Positions 1 through 9,141 of a stretch of 64,000 nt of DNA are shown piece after piece. The translations under genes were made by a program, and so were the position numbers. The stretch's first letter is position 1. Each line of letters starts with the position of its first letter. The stretch comes from an uncultured Eubacteriales bacterium. Lineage in GTDB: Bacteria; Bacillota; Clostridia; Christensenellales; CAG-138. The DNA lies in the NCBI GenBank assembly GCA_902789675.1, contig CADAPG010000001.1, positions 23,859 to 87,858 on the forward strand. The letters run 5' to 3'. The notes under the pieces were generated by a model. The model worked only from the letters and a program-made list of their open reading frames with translations. It ran no database searches and was not told the DNA's origin.

Positions 1-168
1 GATGGAAAACTGACGGCGGGAGACGCGGCAATGGTGCTTCGAACGGTCGTAGGATTGTCTTATATGAACGCACCGATGCGCGCGGCCGGCGATCTCGACG
101 GAGACGGAGAAGTTACAGCCGCAGATGCGGCGAAGATCCTGCGCCTCATCGTACATATTGACACTTGA
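1..168 (+). CDS. 3' end of a dockerin-containing protein (5' part lies outside the window)
   Basis: Frame 1 is open from the window edge to TGA 166-168. The translation DGKLTAGDAAMVLRTVVGL...DLDGDGEVTAADAAKILRLIV shows two dockerin type-I-like loop+helix segments. Confidence 0.6.
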   Translation, partial: DGKLTAGDAAMVLRTVVGLSYMNAPMRAAGDLDGDGEVTAADAAKILRLIVHIDT

Positions 169-182
169 TCGGAGGATCGGAT

Positions 183-3100
183 ATGCGGTCTATATTATGG
201 AAAAGAATACTTGCATTTCTGCTGGTCGTTTGCACAGCGGCGTCGCTTGCCGCCTGCGGCACGGTGGATCCCGAAAAATCAACAAAGGGGATCGTGATCA
301 GTGAAGTTGTATCCAGCAACGGGCAGAGCTACAGACACGATGTCTACGGCTCGCCGGACTGGATCGAACTGCACAATGAATCGGATCATCCCATCGATCT
401 GTTCGGTTGGGGAATCACCGATAATATTAAGAATGCGGAAAAGGCGCTGACGCTGCCGGAGATCGTCGTGCCTGCAGACGGATATCTTCTGCTGCTTGCA
501 ACCAAGCAGGAAAAGACCGATACGTTCACATGGGACGGCAAAACGCCGATCTGTCTCGGCTTTTCGTTGAAGGCGTCTGGGGAGGAGCTTGTTCTGATCA
601 ACGCAAACCTGCAGTCGGTCGACGAGGTTGCCGTTCCGCAGCTGAACAGGGATATCTCCTATGCGCGCCGCAGCAACGGCACGTTCGGATACTGTGAGGA
701 ACCGACGCCCGGCACAGCAAACACAACGAAGATTTCCGATACACAGCCTGCCGCAAAAGAACCTGAAACGCCCGAACCGATAACGGGTGTTGAGATCACG
801 GAGATCTCTTCGAGAAACACGATCCTTTCCTGCGACGGATGTTTAAAGTGCGACTGGGTCGAGCTTCACAACACGACGAATTCCGATATTACGCTTGACG
901 GGTTTACGCTCTGTGATGAACCGCGGGACTTTGACGATGCAAACCTGTACGGCGTACTGCCTGCGAACGGATATGTGACCGTTTTTTGCTGCGAGAAAGA
1001 CTGCACGACGAAAGACAAGCATCTGTGCGTGGACCTCGGTATCAGCCGATACGGAGATACGCTGTATCTGTTCGATCCGAACGGCTTTGAACTGGAAACG
1101 GTAAACGTCCCGGAGATGCCGTATAAGGATGTGACATATGCGCGCCGCGCCGACGGATCGTTCGGTTATTGCGATGCGCCGACGCCGGGACAGGCGAATA
1201 CGACGGAGATTACGAATGATCCGCCGTATCATCCGGAAGAAACGCCCGAACCGGAAAACAAGGATGACAAAAACAACGACGAACCGGTCGATCCGACGCT
1301 GCATGCCAAACGCCCGAAAGACGTCCGGATCAGCGAGGTCCTTGCGAAGAATGCGTACAGCATTACGGATCGGGAAGGGGAGCGCTGCGATTGGGTTGAA
1401 CTGTACAACACGACGGGGCAGACGATCCAGTTATCCGGATGGTATCTTTCCGATAATCCGAGAAATCTGCAGAAATGGGCGCTGCCCGATACCGCGTTGA
1501 TCGGCGCAAACGGATACCTGATTATATTCCTCTCCGGGAAAACGAACATCTCCGGCGAACTGCATGCAGGTTTCTCGATCGGAACCGGGGAAACGCTCTT
1601 CCTGTATAATGAAAACACGGGTGAACTTGATTGGGTCACGATCCCGGATCTGCCGGACAATGTGTCCGTTGGTCTGGACGAAAACAACGAACAGGTCTAC
1701 TATCGCTATCCGACGCCGGGCGAGCCGAACGGACATGCCGATAAGAATGCGGAGGCGATCGGTTTTTTTCAACCTGACGGCGTATACATCTCCGAGGTAT
1801 GCGCCATTCACGATCGGGGAAGCAACGAAAAGGACTGGATCGAGTTGCATAACGGCGCAGACAGCGAGATTTCACTCGACGGCTGGTATCTGAGCGATTC
1901 GCTGAAGGAACCGAAAAAACACCGCATTTCATCGCTGACGCTGGAACCAAACGGGTATGCCGTAATCGAAACTACAACCTCACAGGTGAACCGGAACGAG
2001 GGAGATGCATCCTTCGGCGTCAGTCCAAGCGGCGAAACGCTGTATCTCTCCGATGCAGACGGCGTGATCCGCGACGCGTTTCAGACCGGCGTGCAGAGAA
2101 AGGGAATGTCCAGCGGCAGGATTGAGGGGGACAATCACACGCGGCGCGTCTTCTTTACGAAAAAGACCAAGGGCGCGCCGAACAGCGATTCCCGCTATAC
2201 GGGTTATACGAGTCAGCCCATGTTCTCCGAAACCGCCTTATACCCGGGCGGCGCATTCAATCTGACGCTTTCCTGCATGGATCCGAATGCGGTCATCCGG
2301 TATACGACAAACGGAAGCGAGCCGACAGAGAAGAGCAAGCAGTATACCGAGCCGATCAAGATCTCCAATAATACGGTTATCCGCGCGGTCGCTTTTTCGG
2401 ACGGTCTTCTGAAGAGTGAGGTTGTGACCTTCCATTATCTGTTCGACCAGCCGCATCAGGTGCCGGTCGTCTGTATGGCGATTGCACCGGAGGATTTCAA
2501 AAAGGTCTATAACGTCAAAAAGCATAAGGATCTGGAGGGAACGGACCGCAAAGCGCAGTTCAGCTTTTATGAAGCGGACGGAAGGATCGGAACAACGTTT
2601 CCGGCGGACGTTCGGTGCAAAGGACAGGGCACGCTTGTATACAGCCAAAAATCTTTCTCCCTGCATCTGCGCGGACAGTACGGAATGAGACAACTGGAGT
2701 ATCCGCTGTTCCCGGATTATCCGTATACCACGTTCGGCGCGCTTGTTCTGCGCAACGGCGGACAGGAGAACGATCGCGCGCGTCTGGTCGATTCCTTTGC
2801 TTCGCGCATGAGCATCGGAATGAACGTGGAGGTTGCAAACTCCCGACCGACCGCGCTGTACATCAACGGCGAGTATTACGGACTGTATGAGCTTGGCGAG
2901 GATCTGAATGCAGATTTCCTGGAAACGCATTACGGCGCGGATCAGAATCTGGTCGATCTGGTACGGTATAACGGCGACGTTGCAACGCAGGGCTCCAGCA
3001 AGGATTGGAAAACGCTTCGGGAGTATGCAAAGAAAGCGAAGCTTACAGACGATTCGGATTACGCAGAATACCTTGAAAAAATCGATGAGGCGTATTTTAT

Positions 3101-3626
3101 CGACTATCTGATTGCGCGAACATATGTAGCCGATTCGGACATGATCAACCAGAAGTACTGGCGTGTACGGGGATCGATCAAATGGCGCCCGCTGCTGTTC
3201 GACCTTGATCTTGCGATGCGCAGCCCGAAGCGAAACGACGTCATGGATAAATACTTTTCCAAGAATCCGGTCGTATCCCCGCACGGGTATAAGTCCGTGT
3301 TCTACGTGTTCGCCGTTCTCAAAACCAACAAAGGCTTTTGCGAGAAGTTTGTCGATCGGTATGTGGAGATCCTCTATACGCAGTATGATACGGATCGCCT
3401 TTTGAAGCTGTTGGATGAGATGATAGCCGAGTATGAGACGGAAATGCCGCGGCAGATCAAGCGATGGGGGAACCCGAAATCCATGAGCAAATGGCAGGAC
3501 TACCTCAACGACGTCCGGACGTTTATCAAAGGCCGACGCGAAGTTATGATCGATAAGCTGAAAAAGACATTCAAGGTCTCCGACAGTGATATGAACGCGC
3601 TGATCGCGAAGTACAGAAATCCGTGA
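183..3626 (+). CDS. Secreted lipoprotein with four LTD (lamin-tail-domain)-like repeats, a chitobiase/hexosaminidase-C-like Ig module and a C-terminal CotH kinase-like domain
   Basis: GGAGGA at 171-176 precedes ATG 183; the ORF-track start 165 is an upstream TTG. Signal peptide with lipobox LAAC. The motif DW(I/V)EL(H/Y)N...(GW/GF)x(I/L)xD occurs 4 times. RYTTNGSEPT...IRAVAF matches the CHB_HEX_C-like pattern. The C-terminal ~380 aa resemble CotH family proteins. Confidence 0.8.
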   Translation: MRSILWKRILAFLLVVCTAASLAACGTVDPEKSTKGIVISEVVSSNGQSYRHDVYGSPDWIELHNESDHPIDLFGWGITDNIKNAEKALTLPEIVVPADGYLLLLATKQEKTDTFTWDGKTPICLGFSLKASGEELVLINANLQSVDEVAVPQLNRDISYARRSNGTFGYCEEPTPGTANTTKISDTQPAAKEPETPEPITGVEITEISSRNTILSCDGCLKCDWVELHNTTNSDITLDGFTLCDEPRDFDDANLYGVLPANGYVTVFCCEKDCTTKDKHLCVDLGISRYGDTLYLFDPNGFELETVNVPEMPYKDVTYARRADGSFGYCDAPTPGQANTTEITNDPPYHPEETPEPENKDDKNNDEPVDPTLHAKRPKDVRISEVLAKNAYSITDREGERCDWVELYNTTGQTIQLSGWYLSDNPRNLQKWALPDTALIGANGYLIIFLSGKTNISGELHAGFSIGTGETLFLYNENTGELDWVTIPDLPDNVSVGLDENNEQVYYRYPTPGEPNGHADKNAEAIGFFQPDGVYISEVCAIHDRGSNEKDWIELHNGADSEISLDGWYLSDSLKEPKKHRISSLTLEPNGYAVIETTTSQVNRNEGDASFGVSPSGETLYLSDADGVIRDAFQTGVQRKGMSSGRIEGDNHTRRVFFTKKTKGAPNSDSRYTGYTSQPMFSETALYPGGAFNLTLSCMDPNAVIRYTTNGSEPTEKSKQYTEPIKISNNTVIRAVAFSDGLLKSEVVTFHYLFDQPHQVPVVCMAIAPEDFKKVYNVKKHKDLEGTDRKAQFSFYEADGRIGTTFPADVRCKGQGTLVYSQKSFSLHLRGQYGMRQLEYPLFPDYPYTTFGALVLRNGGQENDRARLVDSFASRMSIGMNVEVANSRPTALYINGEYYGLYELGEDLNADFLETHYGADQNLVDLVRYNGDVATQGSSKDWKTLREYAKKAKLTDDSDYAEYLEKIDEAYFIDYLIARTYVADSDMINQKYWRVRGSIKWRPLLFDLDLAMRSPKRNDVMDKYFSKNPVVSPHGYKSVFYVFAVLKTNKGFCEKFVDRYVEILYTQYDTDRLLKLLDEMIAEYETEMPRQIKRWGNPKSMSKWQDYLNDVRTFIKGRREVMIDKLKKTFKVSDSDMNALIAKYRNP

Positions 3627-3663
3627 CCTTTGTGCAGCAGGGATTAAACAGAAAAGCATAGAC

Positions 3664-4590
3664 ATGAAGAAAGAGCCTTCCAACACGCCGGATCCCGCCA
3701 AAGTCGACAGCATCCTGATCAGCGACGGGATCACAAAGATATATAAGGAAACGACGGCAAACAATCATATTTCCATTGCAATTCCTCGCGGAAAGATCGT
3801 CGGATTCGTAGGAGAGAACGGAAGCGGCAAAACGACGTTTCTGCGAATCATAACCGGTCTGATTTATCCGAATTCCGGCACGTTCCGGTTCAATACGCCG
3901 GACGGAAAATGTCGGATCGGCGCCATTGTGGAATCGCCCGCATACCACCCGGGCATGTCCGCAAAGGACAATCTGCGTTTTCAGGCACGGCTGTGCGGTG
4001 CGGATGAGAAGGGGATCGACGAGATTTTGAAAATGGTCGGTCTTGCAGACATCGGAAAGAAAGCCGCGAAGCATTTCTCGCTGGGCATGCGTCAGCGCCT
4101 CGGGATCGCGATTGCGCTGCTTTCCGATCCGGAGCTGCTTGTTCTCGACGAACCGACAAACGGACTCGATCCGCAGGGAATCATCGAACTGCGCGAGTTT
4201 CTGAAATCACTTTGCGAAAAGCGTCGGATGACCTTGCTTATCTCCTCGCATATCCTCAGCGAACTGTCGCTTCTGGCGGAGCATTATCTGTTCATTCACA
4301 AGGGCGTCATCTTGAAATCGGTCTCTGCGGACGAACTGTTTGCGCATTCCGATAAACGTTTGATCTTCAAATGCAGCGGCGATCCATCCGCATTCCTGAA
4401 GGATGCGGTATCCAACGGCTGGGCGGACGAAACAGAGATCAGGGACGACTGCTGTATTCTCCACGGACCGAAATACTACCCCGCGATTCTGAAAGCGCTT
4501 TCCGATCTGGACGTGACGGCGCTCGAAACGAAGGAGGAAACGTTGGAGACGCGCTATTTGTCTCTGATGGAGAGGGGGGGACAGCAATGA
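3664..4590 (+). CDS. ABC transporter ATP-binding protein
   Basis: Walker A GENGSGKTT, signature LSLGMRQR, Walker B LLVLDEP. The stop overlaps the start of the downstream permease (ATGA). Confidence 0.9.
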   Translation: MKKEPSNTPDPAKVDSILISDGITKIYKETTANNHISIAIPRGKIVGFVGENGSGKTTFLRIITGLIYPNSGTFRFNTPDGKCRIGAIVESPAYHPGMSAKDNLRFQARLCGADEKGIDEILKMVGLADIGKKAAKHFSLGMRQRLGIAIALLSDPELLVLDEPTNGLDPQGIIELREFLKSLCEKRRMTLLISSHILSELSLLAEHYLFIHKGVILKSVSADELFAHSDKRLIFKCSGDPSAFLKDAVSNGWADETEIRDDCCILHGPKYYPAILKALSDLDVTALETKEETLETRYLSLMERGGQQ

Positions 4591-5405
4591 AAAGAGTTCT
4601 GTCTGCGGATTTCTTCGACCTGCGCAAATCCAGAACGGTTTATCTGTTGCCGCTGTTTGCCGTGCTGCTCGGCGTTCTGATGCCGATGATGTATTACGGT
4701 ATCTACGTGCTGTTCAAATACATCGGAAGCACTGACACGCTGAAGGATAATGCCTCGTTTCAATCGCTGACCGGCATGCTGGACATTTTGAATGCACGTA
4801 CGGTTTTCTACGGCTCGCTGCCGCTGTCGCAGGGGTTCGGACTGATGATGACGGCGATGGCCGGATTTCGCGCAGCGCGGCCGTTCGGAACGGGGACTTA
4901 TCGGAATAAGATCATTGCGGGAATCCCGCGTCCCGCAATCTATCTTTCACAGTCTCTGATCTGCCTGCTGCTTTCCATAGTCGGTGCGGTGCTGTATACG
5001 TTGTCCGCGGCGCTCACCAGCCGATGGACCTTCGGCGCACTGGATCTGTCCGGAAAGGAGATCCTGAGCATAGCGGTGTTTTCCTTCGGAATCTATCTTG
5101 TATATACGGCAATTCCGGTGTTCAGCGCGTTTCTTACCCGCAGCGTACCGCTGACGCTGGTCATCTCCATGGTGCTGCCGATCCTGATGCAGACAGTGAT
5201 CCAACTTGTCAGTCCCATGATGATCTCCGCACCGGACGCGATCCTGTATATCCTTGCGATGTTCCCGTCGTTCCAGGGTATTTATATGACAAGCTCGGAC
5301 CCCGCGACCGCGATTTTGCTCATAGCGCTTGCCGCGGATATCGTATGGGCTGCACTGCTGACGGTTATCGGCATTCTTCGATTCAAAAAAGCCGACGTGA
5401 AATAA
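4587..5405 (+). CDS. ABC-2 type transporter permease
   Basis: ATG 4587 overlaps the ATPase stop; the ORF-track 4371 start lies inside the ATPase gene. Multi-pass hydrophobic protein (MKRVLSADFFDLRKSRTVYLLPLFAVLLGVLM...). Confidence 0.75.
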   Translation: MKRVLSADFFDLRKSRTVYLLPLFAVLLGVLMPMMYYGIYVLFKYIGSTDTLKDNASFQSLTGMLDILNARTVFYGSLPLSQGFGLMMTAMAGFRAARPFGTGTYRNKIIAGIPRPAIYLSQSLICLLLSIVGAVLYTLSAALTSRWTFGALDLSGKEILSIAVFSFGIYLVYTAIPVFSAFLTRSVPLTLVISMVLPILMQTVIQLVSPMMISAPDAILYILAMFPSFQGIYMTSSDPATAILLIALAADIVWAALLTVIGILRFKKADVK

Positions 5406-5418
5406 CAAACGAGTATGG

Positions 5419-5455
5419 AAAAGCCCGATCCGGAACTATGCCGGGTCGGGCTTTT
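5419..5455. terminator. Bidirectional hairpin terminator between convergent genes
   Basis: AAAAGCCCGATCCGG...CCGGGTCGGGCTTTT inverted repeat flanked by A/T runs, between the ends of the 4587-5405 (+) and 5472-5687 (-) genes. Confidence 0.6.
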
Positions 5456-5471
5456 GCACGTATAAGGATGG

Positions 5472-5687
5472 TCAGGATTCCTCCGGATCGTATTCAAGGA
5501 GATCGCCGGGCTGGCAGTGCAGCGCTTCACAGATTGCGATCAAGGTCGAAAATCGGATCGCGCTGATGTGACCGTTCTTCAGCTTGGACAGGTTGACATT
5601 TGCAACGCCGACCTTGTCGGAAAGCTCCTTGAGACTCATTTTGCGGTCCGCCATGACGCGGTCAAGTCTTAGAATGATTTTGCCCAT
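5472..5687 (-). CDS. XRE-family HTH transcriptional regulator (YozG-like, 71 aa)
   Basis: MSLKELSDKVGVANVNLSKLKNG helix-turn-helix pattern. Lies 8 nt downstream of a membrane protein, the usual DUF2975 + YozG pairing. Confidence 0.85.
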   Translation of the reverse strand: MGKIILRLDRVMADRKMSLKELSDKVGVANVNLSKLKNGHISAIRFSTLIAICEALHCQPGDLLEYDPEES

Positions 5688-5695
5688 CGTTCACC

Positions 5696-6424
5696 TCAAA
5701 GTGTTTCGTCGGATTCTTTCTGCAGCTGTGCACCGTAACGGAAGATCACGGTCAGGAACAAAACGAGCAGTGCGATCAGAATCGGTGCAAAGCTGAACGA
5801 GACCTCCAGACCGGTATTCATATTTGCAGGATTCAGCGAAAAGGAGAGGTCGATGGAACGCCGGATCATCGCATTTCCGACGGCTTCCGCAATACTCGAC
5901 AGAACGGCACAGCCCATCAGCACCCAAGCGAATACGGTCATACGACGGATCACGTCATCCGCAAACGGCGTTTCACAGGAACGAAATGCATCGCAAAGCC
6001 GCTTCAGAAAGACGAACACAACAAGCAGCGCTGCGCAGTAGACGAACCCTGAAAACGCTGCGGTTGCAAGCCGTGTCAGCCGAAACTCAAACCGCTCCGA
6101 GGATGCATAAAGCGTCAGTCCGCTCTCCGTTTTTTCCACCGTGATATCATTATATTCCGTACCGTTGACGCCGAGCTTTGCATTCAGCTCTGTGGGATCA
6201 TCGGGGATTTTGTTTATCCATTTGCCGATCAGACTCTTGCCGACATGGATATCCATCTCGCCTTTAACGCCGATCGTGGCTGCATCTTTCGGCAGGGCAG
6301 CAAGCGTAATACCGCCGGAGAGGCATGCAAGACAGGCGACGGACATCAAAACGATCAGTATGATCGTAACGATCTGACCGACAAGACCGACACGGTTGAC
6401 TTTTCTTTTGATTGTGTTTTCCAT
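5696..6424 (-). CDS. Multi-pass membrane protein, DUF2975-like
   Basis: Several predicted TM helices and co-oriented directly upstream of the YozG-like HTH. The family assignment comes from this context only. Confidence 0.5.
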   Translation of the reverse strand: MENTIKRKVNRVGLVGQIVTIILIVLMSVACLACLSGGITLAALPKDAATIGVKGEMDIHVGKSLIGKWINKIPDDPTELNAKLGVNGTEYNDITVEKTESGLTLYASSERFEFRLTRLATAAFSGFVYCAALLVVFVFLKRLCDAFRSCETPFADDVIRRMTVFAWVLMGCAVLSSIAEAVGNAMIRRSIDLSFSLNPANMNTGLEVSFSFAPILIALLVLFLTVIFRYGAQLQKESDETL

Positions 6425-6492
6425 TTTAGATTCCTCCGATTCGTTAAATTATTTACGTTTCTCGTAAACTCTTGAACAGAGGATAACACAAC

Positions 6493-6517
6493 AATTTATG
6501 TTTGTCAAGCATAAATT
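6493..6517. promoter_or_regulatory. Palindrome AATTTATG-N9-CATAAATT around a minus-strand TTGACA -35 box; candidate operator/promoter of the 5472-6424 operon
   Basis: 8-bp perfect inverted repeat at 6493-6500 / 6510-6517. The reverse complement of 6503-6508 is TTGACA, with TATCCT 17 nt downstream on the minus strand. Confidence 0.3.
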
Positions 6518-6562
6518 AACGTAAAACGTAAAATCATTTATGAAACATGAAAAACGCTCCGG

Positions 6563-7225
6563 TCAAAAATCGAGACGCTTGAATGCGTTCCGACACCACA
6601 GAAACACGGAGGAGAACGCTTCGTCGAAATCGGAATCGTCAGTGATTGCGGCAAGGTCGAGCATGGCGCGGTCTTCATCCGAAACGACACAATACAGATC
6701 CCGCTTCGCAAGCACAAACGTGCCGGTTTCCAAATAATACATGTTCTGAATCAAAAAGAACAGGTCCTTTGAACGGGTGCGCAGCTTTTCGATACTTTTC
6801 GGTTGATCCGAATGAATATAGCGGTGGCACAGAGCATGGTACAGATTTCCGAGACTCAGCTTGCAGTAATTGATCTCATCTGTTTGTGTCGTTTCCGGAA
6901 GATAATCGGAAAGCGTTCCGAAAAGGTCCTTCGTCGTATGCTTGATCTGGCAGATTTCAAGCGGGTTCCAACGAAGCATTTCGTCGCGTCCGCAAATAAA
7001 ACCGCAGGACAGTTCGAAGTGCCCGATCCGTTTCAGAATGGACCGATATATGTCCATATCCGCAACGCTGAACCGATCCAAAAGAACCATGACGTCGATA
7101 TCGCTGCGCTCATGCGCCTCTCCGCGAAGCCGGCTTCCCTGCAGACCGACATACAGGAGCCGATCGGAAAACGCCTCCTTGCACGCAGCGATCAGTTCAT
7201 GCAGGTATTCGTTCAGATCGATCAT
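6563..7225 (-). CDS. Nucleotidyltransferase-fold protein (ANT/AadA-like architecture, substrate unknown)
   Basis: GSRLRGEAHERSDIDVMVLLD matches the G[SG]-x(9-13)-DxD pol-beta nucleotidyltransferase motif. Its start overlaps the GNAT stop by 4 nt. Confidence 0.65.
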   Translation of the reverse strand: MIDLNEYLHELIAACKEAFSDRLLYVGLQGSRLRGEAHERSDIDVMVLLDRFSVADMDIYRSILKRIGHFELSCGFICGRDEMLRWNPLEICQIKHTTKDLFGTLSDYLPETTQTDEINYCKLSLGNLYHALCHRYIHSDQPKSIEKLRTRSKDLFFLIQNMYYLETGTFVLAKRDLYCVVSDEDRAMLDLAAITDDSDFDEAFSSVFLWCRNAFKRLDF

Positions 7226-7674
7226 AATTGCCTCACGTCCATAGCAAGCTCAATTTCGTCTTCATCCTCAACTCCGGTTGTGGAAAACCCTTTGCGCTCA
7301 TAAAGCTTTCTTGCAGAGGTGTTGTTTTTATTGCAGGTCAAAGCGATCCGGTCCGAAACGCCGAATGGTTTTGTCCGGATATACGCAATGATGCGGTCTA
7401 AAGCTTCGCTGCCGTAGCCGCGTCCCTGTTCCGACGCGTCGATCATCATATGCCAGATATCATATTCGGGAACGTCATAATCATAAATCACCATGACATA
7501 CCCGACCATTTTTCCCGTCACATAGATACCGAACGGTTGGCACTGGTTTCTGTAAACGTACGCCTGCGCAAGGCTTCGTATCGGATGAGAAACGAATTGC
7601 TCCTGTCCCGGCGCAAGCCTGAGATGGAACGCGTCCATAAAGTTTTCTTCCGTGATCGGTCTTAACTCTGCCAT
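7222..7674 (-). CDS. GNAT family N-acetyltransferase (diamine/spermidine acetyltransferase-like)
   Basis: 150 aa; acetyl-CoA motif QGRGYGSEAL; ends with NTSARKLYERKGF, typical of GNAT motif B. Confidence 0.8.
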   Translation of the reverse strand: MAELRPITEENFMDAFHLRLAPGQEQFVSHPIRSLAQAYVYRNQCQPFGIYVTGKMVGYVMVIYDYDVPEYDIWHMMIDASEQGRGYGSEALDRIIAYIRTKPFGVSDRIALTCNKNNTSARKLYERKGFSTTGVEDEDEIELAMDVRQL

Positions 7675-7815
7675 TGATTTCTCCGTTGAATTGGATGATA
7701 AAGGGAATTATACCATATCCGACTGTATCGCGCAATAAAGATATACCGGTGACAAAAGAGAATGGTTGACATATCCACGCGGTTGCAAGCGTTCCGCGAA
7801 AGCGGTACACATCGT

Positions 7816-7850
7816 TAAAAAGCGCCTTTTGTCGGTAGACAAAAGGCGCT
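7816..7850 (-). terminator. Rho-independent terminator (minus strand), the original terminator of tRNA-Ser now separated from the gene by the prophage
   Basis: AGCGCCTTTTGTC-GGTA-GACAAAAGGCGCT hairpin followed by a T-run on the minus strand, immediately downstream of the orphan tRNA 3' fragment at 7857-7880. Confidence 0.7.
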
Positions 7851-7856
7851 GTTTCA

Positions 7857-7880
7857 TGGCGGAGACGGTGGGATTCGAAC
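7857..7880. repeat. attL core: 24-bp direct repeat TGGCGGAGACGGTGGGATTCGAAC (orphan 3' end of tRNA-Ser)
   Basis: Identical to 41678-41701. Identity ends on both sides (7856 A vs 41677 T; 7881 T vs 41702 C). Confidence 0.85.
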
Positions 7881-8019
7881 TTGCAGAGTACGCCCGATCA
7901 AAAAGCCAGACAAACAGGCGTTTTTCTTGAAATTTTCAGTAAAACAGGGCATTTCAGGGCGTTCATAGATTCGGAAAATGAAAGAATATTTTCACATTCC
8001 GAAAGGTATTTTTCGGCTT

Positions 8020-9132
8020 TTAACTTGCATTTTTGGACACGGTTTTGGACACGGTCGGCTTCTCGTCCTCATAGAACGCCTTCATGCGTTCGATATCCTC
8101 GTTTACATCCTGCGCGGCAAGATGCGTATAGATATCGTGCACGACTGCGGGCGTCGACCATCCGCCGACCTGCATAGTTGTTTTCTCTGTCCATTTCAGA
8201 TGGTAGGCAAGGGACGCAAACGAATGCCGCAGGCAATGCAAGGTGACGTCCGGCAGGCCGACTGCTGCGCAGATCCTTTTCAGATGCCGGTTGATCGTCT
8301 TTTCGCTGACATCGACGGGCAGGCGATCCAGAAGGTCACGCAGCCGCGGGATCATAACCGGAACGTCGCGGTGCGACAGATCTGTTTTATTCTGCTCCTT
8401 GCTGACAAGCCCGTTCTCTCCACGCACGACGGCGCCGCGCACGCGGATCATGGACCCGTCGCATTGTGTCAGCGCAAGGATCTCGGACATACGCAGCGAG
8501 TGCAGCGCGAGGAGGTACACAATTTCGCATTCGTCGCCTCGGATGGCGGGGAGCAGCTTCTGTATCTGCTCGTAATCAAGAAACGCGCGCTCGGATCTGG
8601 AGGACTTCGGAAGATTTACAACGGGCGGCGTCATCTTTGCGTATTGCATCGCGCCGGTGACGAGACGCCATGCGTTGATGACCGTCTTCGGTCGTACGCA
8701 TTCCGTTTCTTTGCTGATCATCACTTGCCACGGGATCTTGCTGACGGACTGATCCAGATACGCCTTGAAGCGCGTTTTGCGCATGGATTTATAGGACCGA
8801 ACCGTCGCAGGGGACAAAACGGCTTCGTTCTCATTGATAAACCGATCGATTATCTGTCCGAGCGTGTCCTTCGGGGCTTTGTTTGCCTGCTCGATCATGC
8901 CGGCTTTAATGGCACGGGCGCGGATATAGTAAGCCGCTTCGGTGTCTTCGGTGATCCATACGCGGTTGCCGTCGACCATGACACGCCCGCGATATTTCCC
9001 GGACTTCGTCAATGCGGGCGGCGCAACAGATACTTCGTCTTTCGGCTTCCGCTGGCGCCGTATGCGCTCCCCGCAGAAACGGCAAAAGACGGAGTCGTTT
9101 TCGATCTCTTTTTTACAATGCTTGCAAATCAT
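8020..9132 (-). CDS. int: Tyrosine-type phage integrase with N-terminal zinc-ribbon
   Basis: Catalytic pattern SLRMSEI (Arg), HCLRHSFA (HxxR), HDIYTHL (Tyr). N-terminus CKHC...CRFC. Adjacent to attL. Confidence 0.9.
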   Translation of the reverse strand: MICKHCKKEIENDSVFCRFCGERIRRQRKPKDEVSVAPPALTKSGKYRGRVMVDGNRVWITEDTEAAYYIRARAIKAGMIEQANKAPKDTLGQIIDRFINENEAVLSPATVRSYKSMRKTRFKAYLDQSVSKIPWQVMISKETECVRPKTVINAWRLVTGAMQYAKMTPPVVNLPKSSRSERAFLDYEQIQKLLPAIRGDECEIVYLLALHSLRMSEILALTQCDGSMIRVRGAVVRGENGLVSKEQNKTDLSHRDVPVMIPRLRDLLDRLPVDVSEKTINRHLKRICAAVGLPDVTLHCLRHSFASLAYHLKWTEKTTMQVGGWSTPAVVHDIYTHLAAQDVNEDIERMKAFYEDEKPTVSKTVSKNAS

Positions 9133-9141
9133 AGCAGGATC

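Noticed and set aside
4371-5405. Long N-terminal extension of the ABC-2 permease in the ORF track (start 4371)
   Set aside because: The extension overlaps the ATPase gene in another frame and is Arg/Gly-rich. The ATG at 4587 is translationally coupled to the ATPase stop.
8031-8054. Tandem 12-bp repeat TTTTGGACACGG x2 near attL, whose reverse complement shares GTGTCCA with the iterons at 17304-17321
   Set aside because: It lies inside the integrase coding 3' end, where it encodes the duplicated peptide VSKT/VSKN. The 7-nt overlap with the iteron is short enough to be chance. It is worth rechecking only if Rep or integrase binding sites are mapped.
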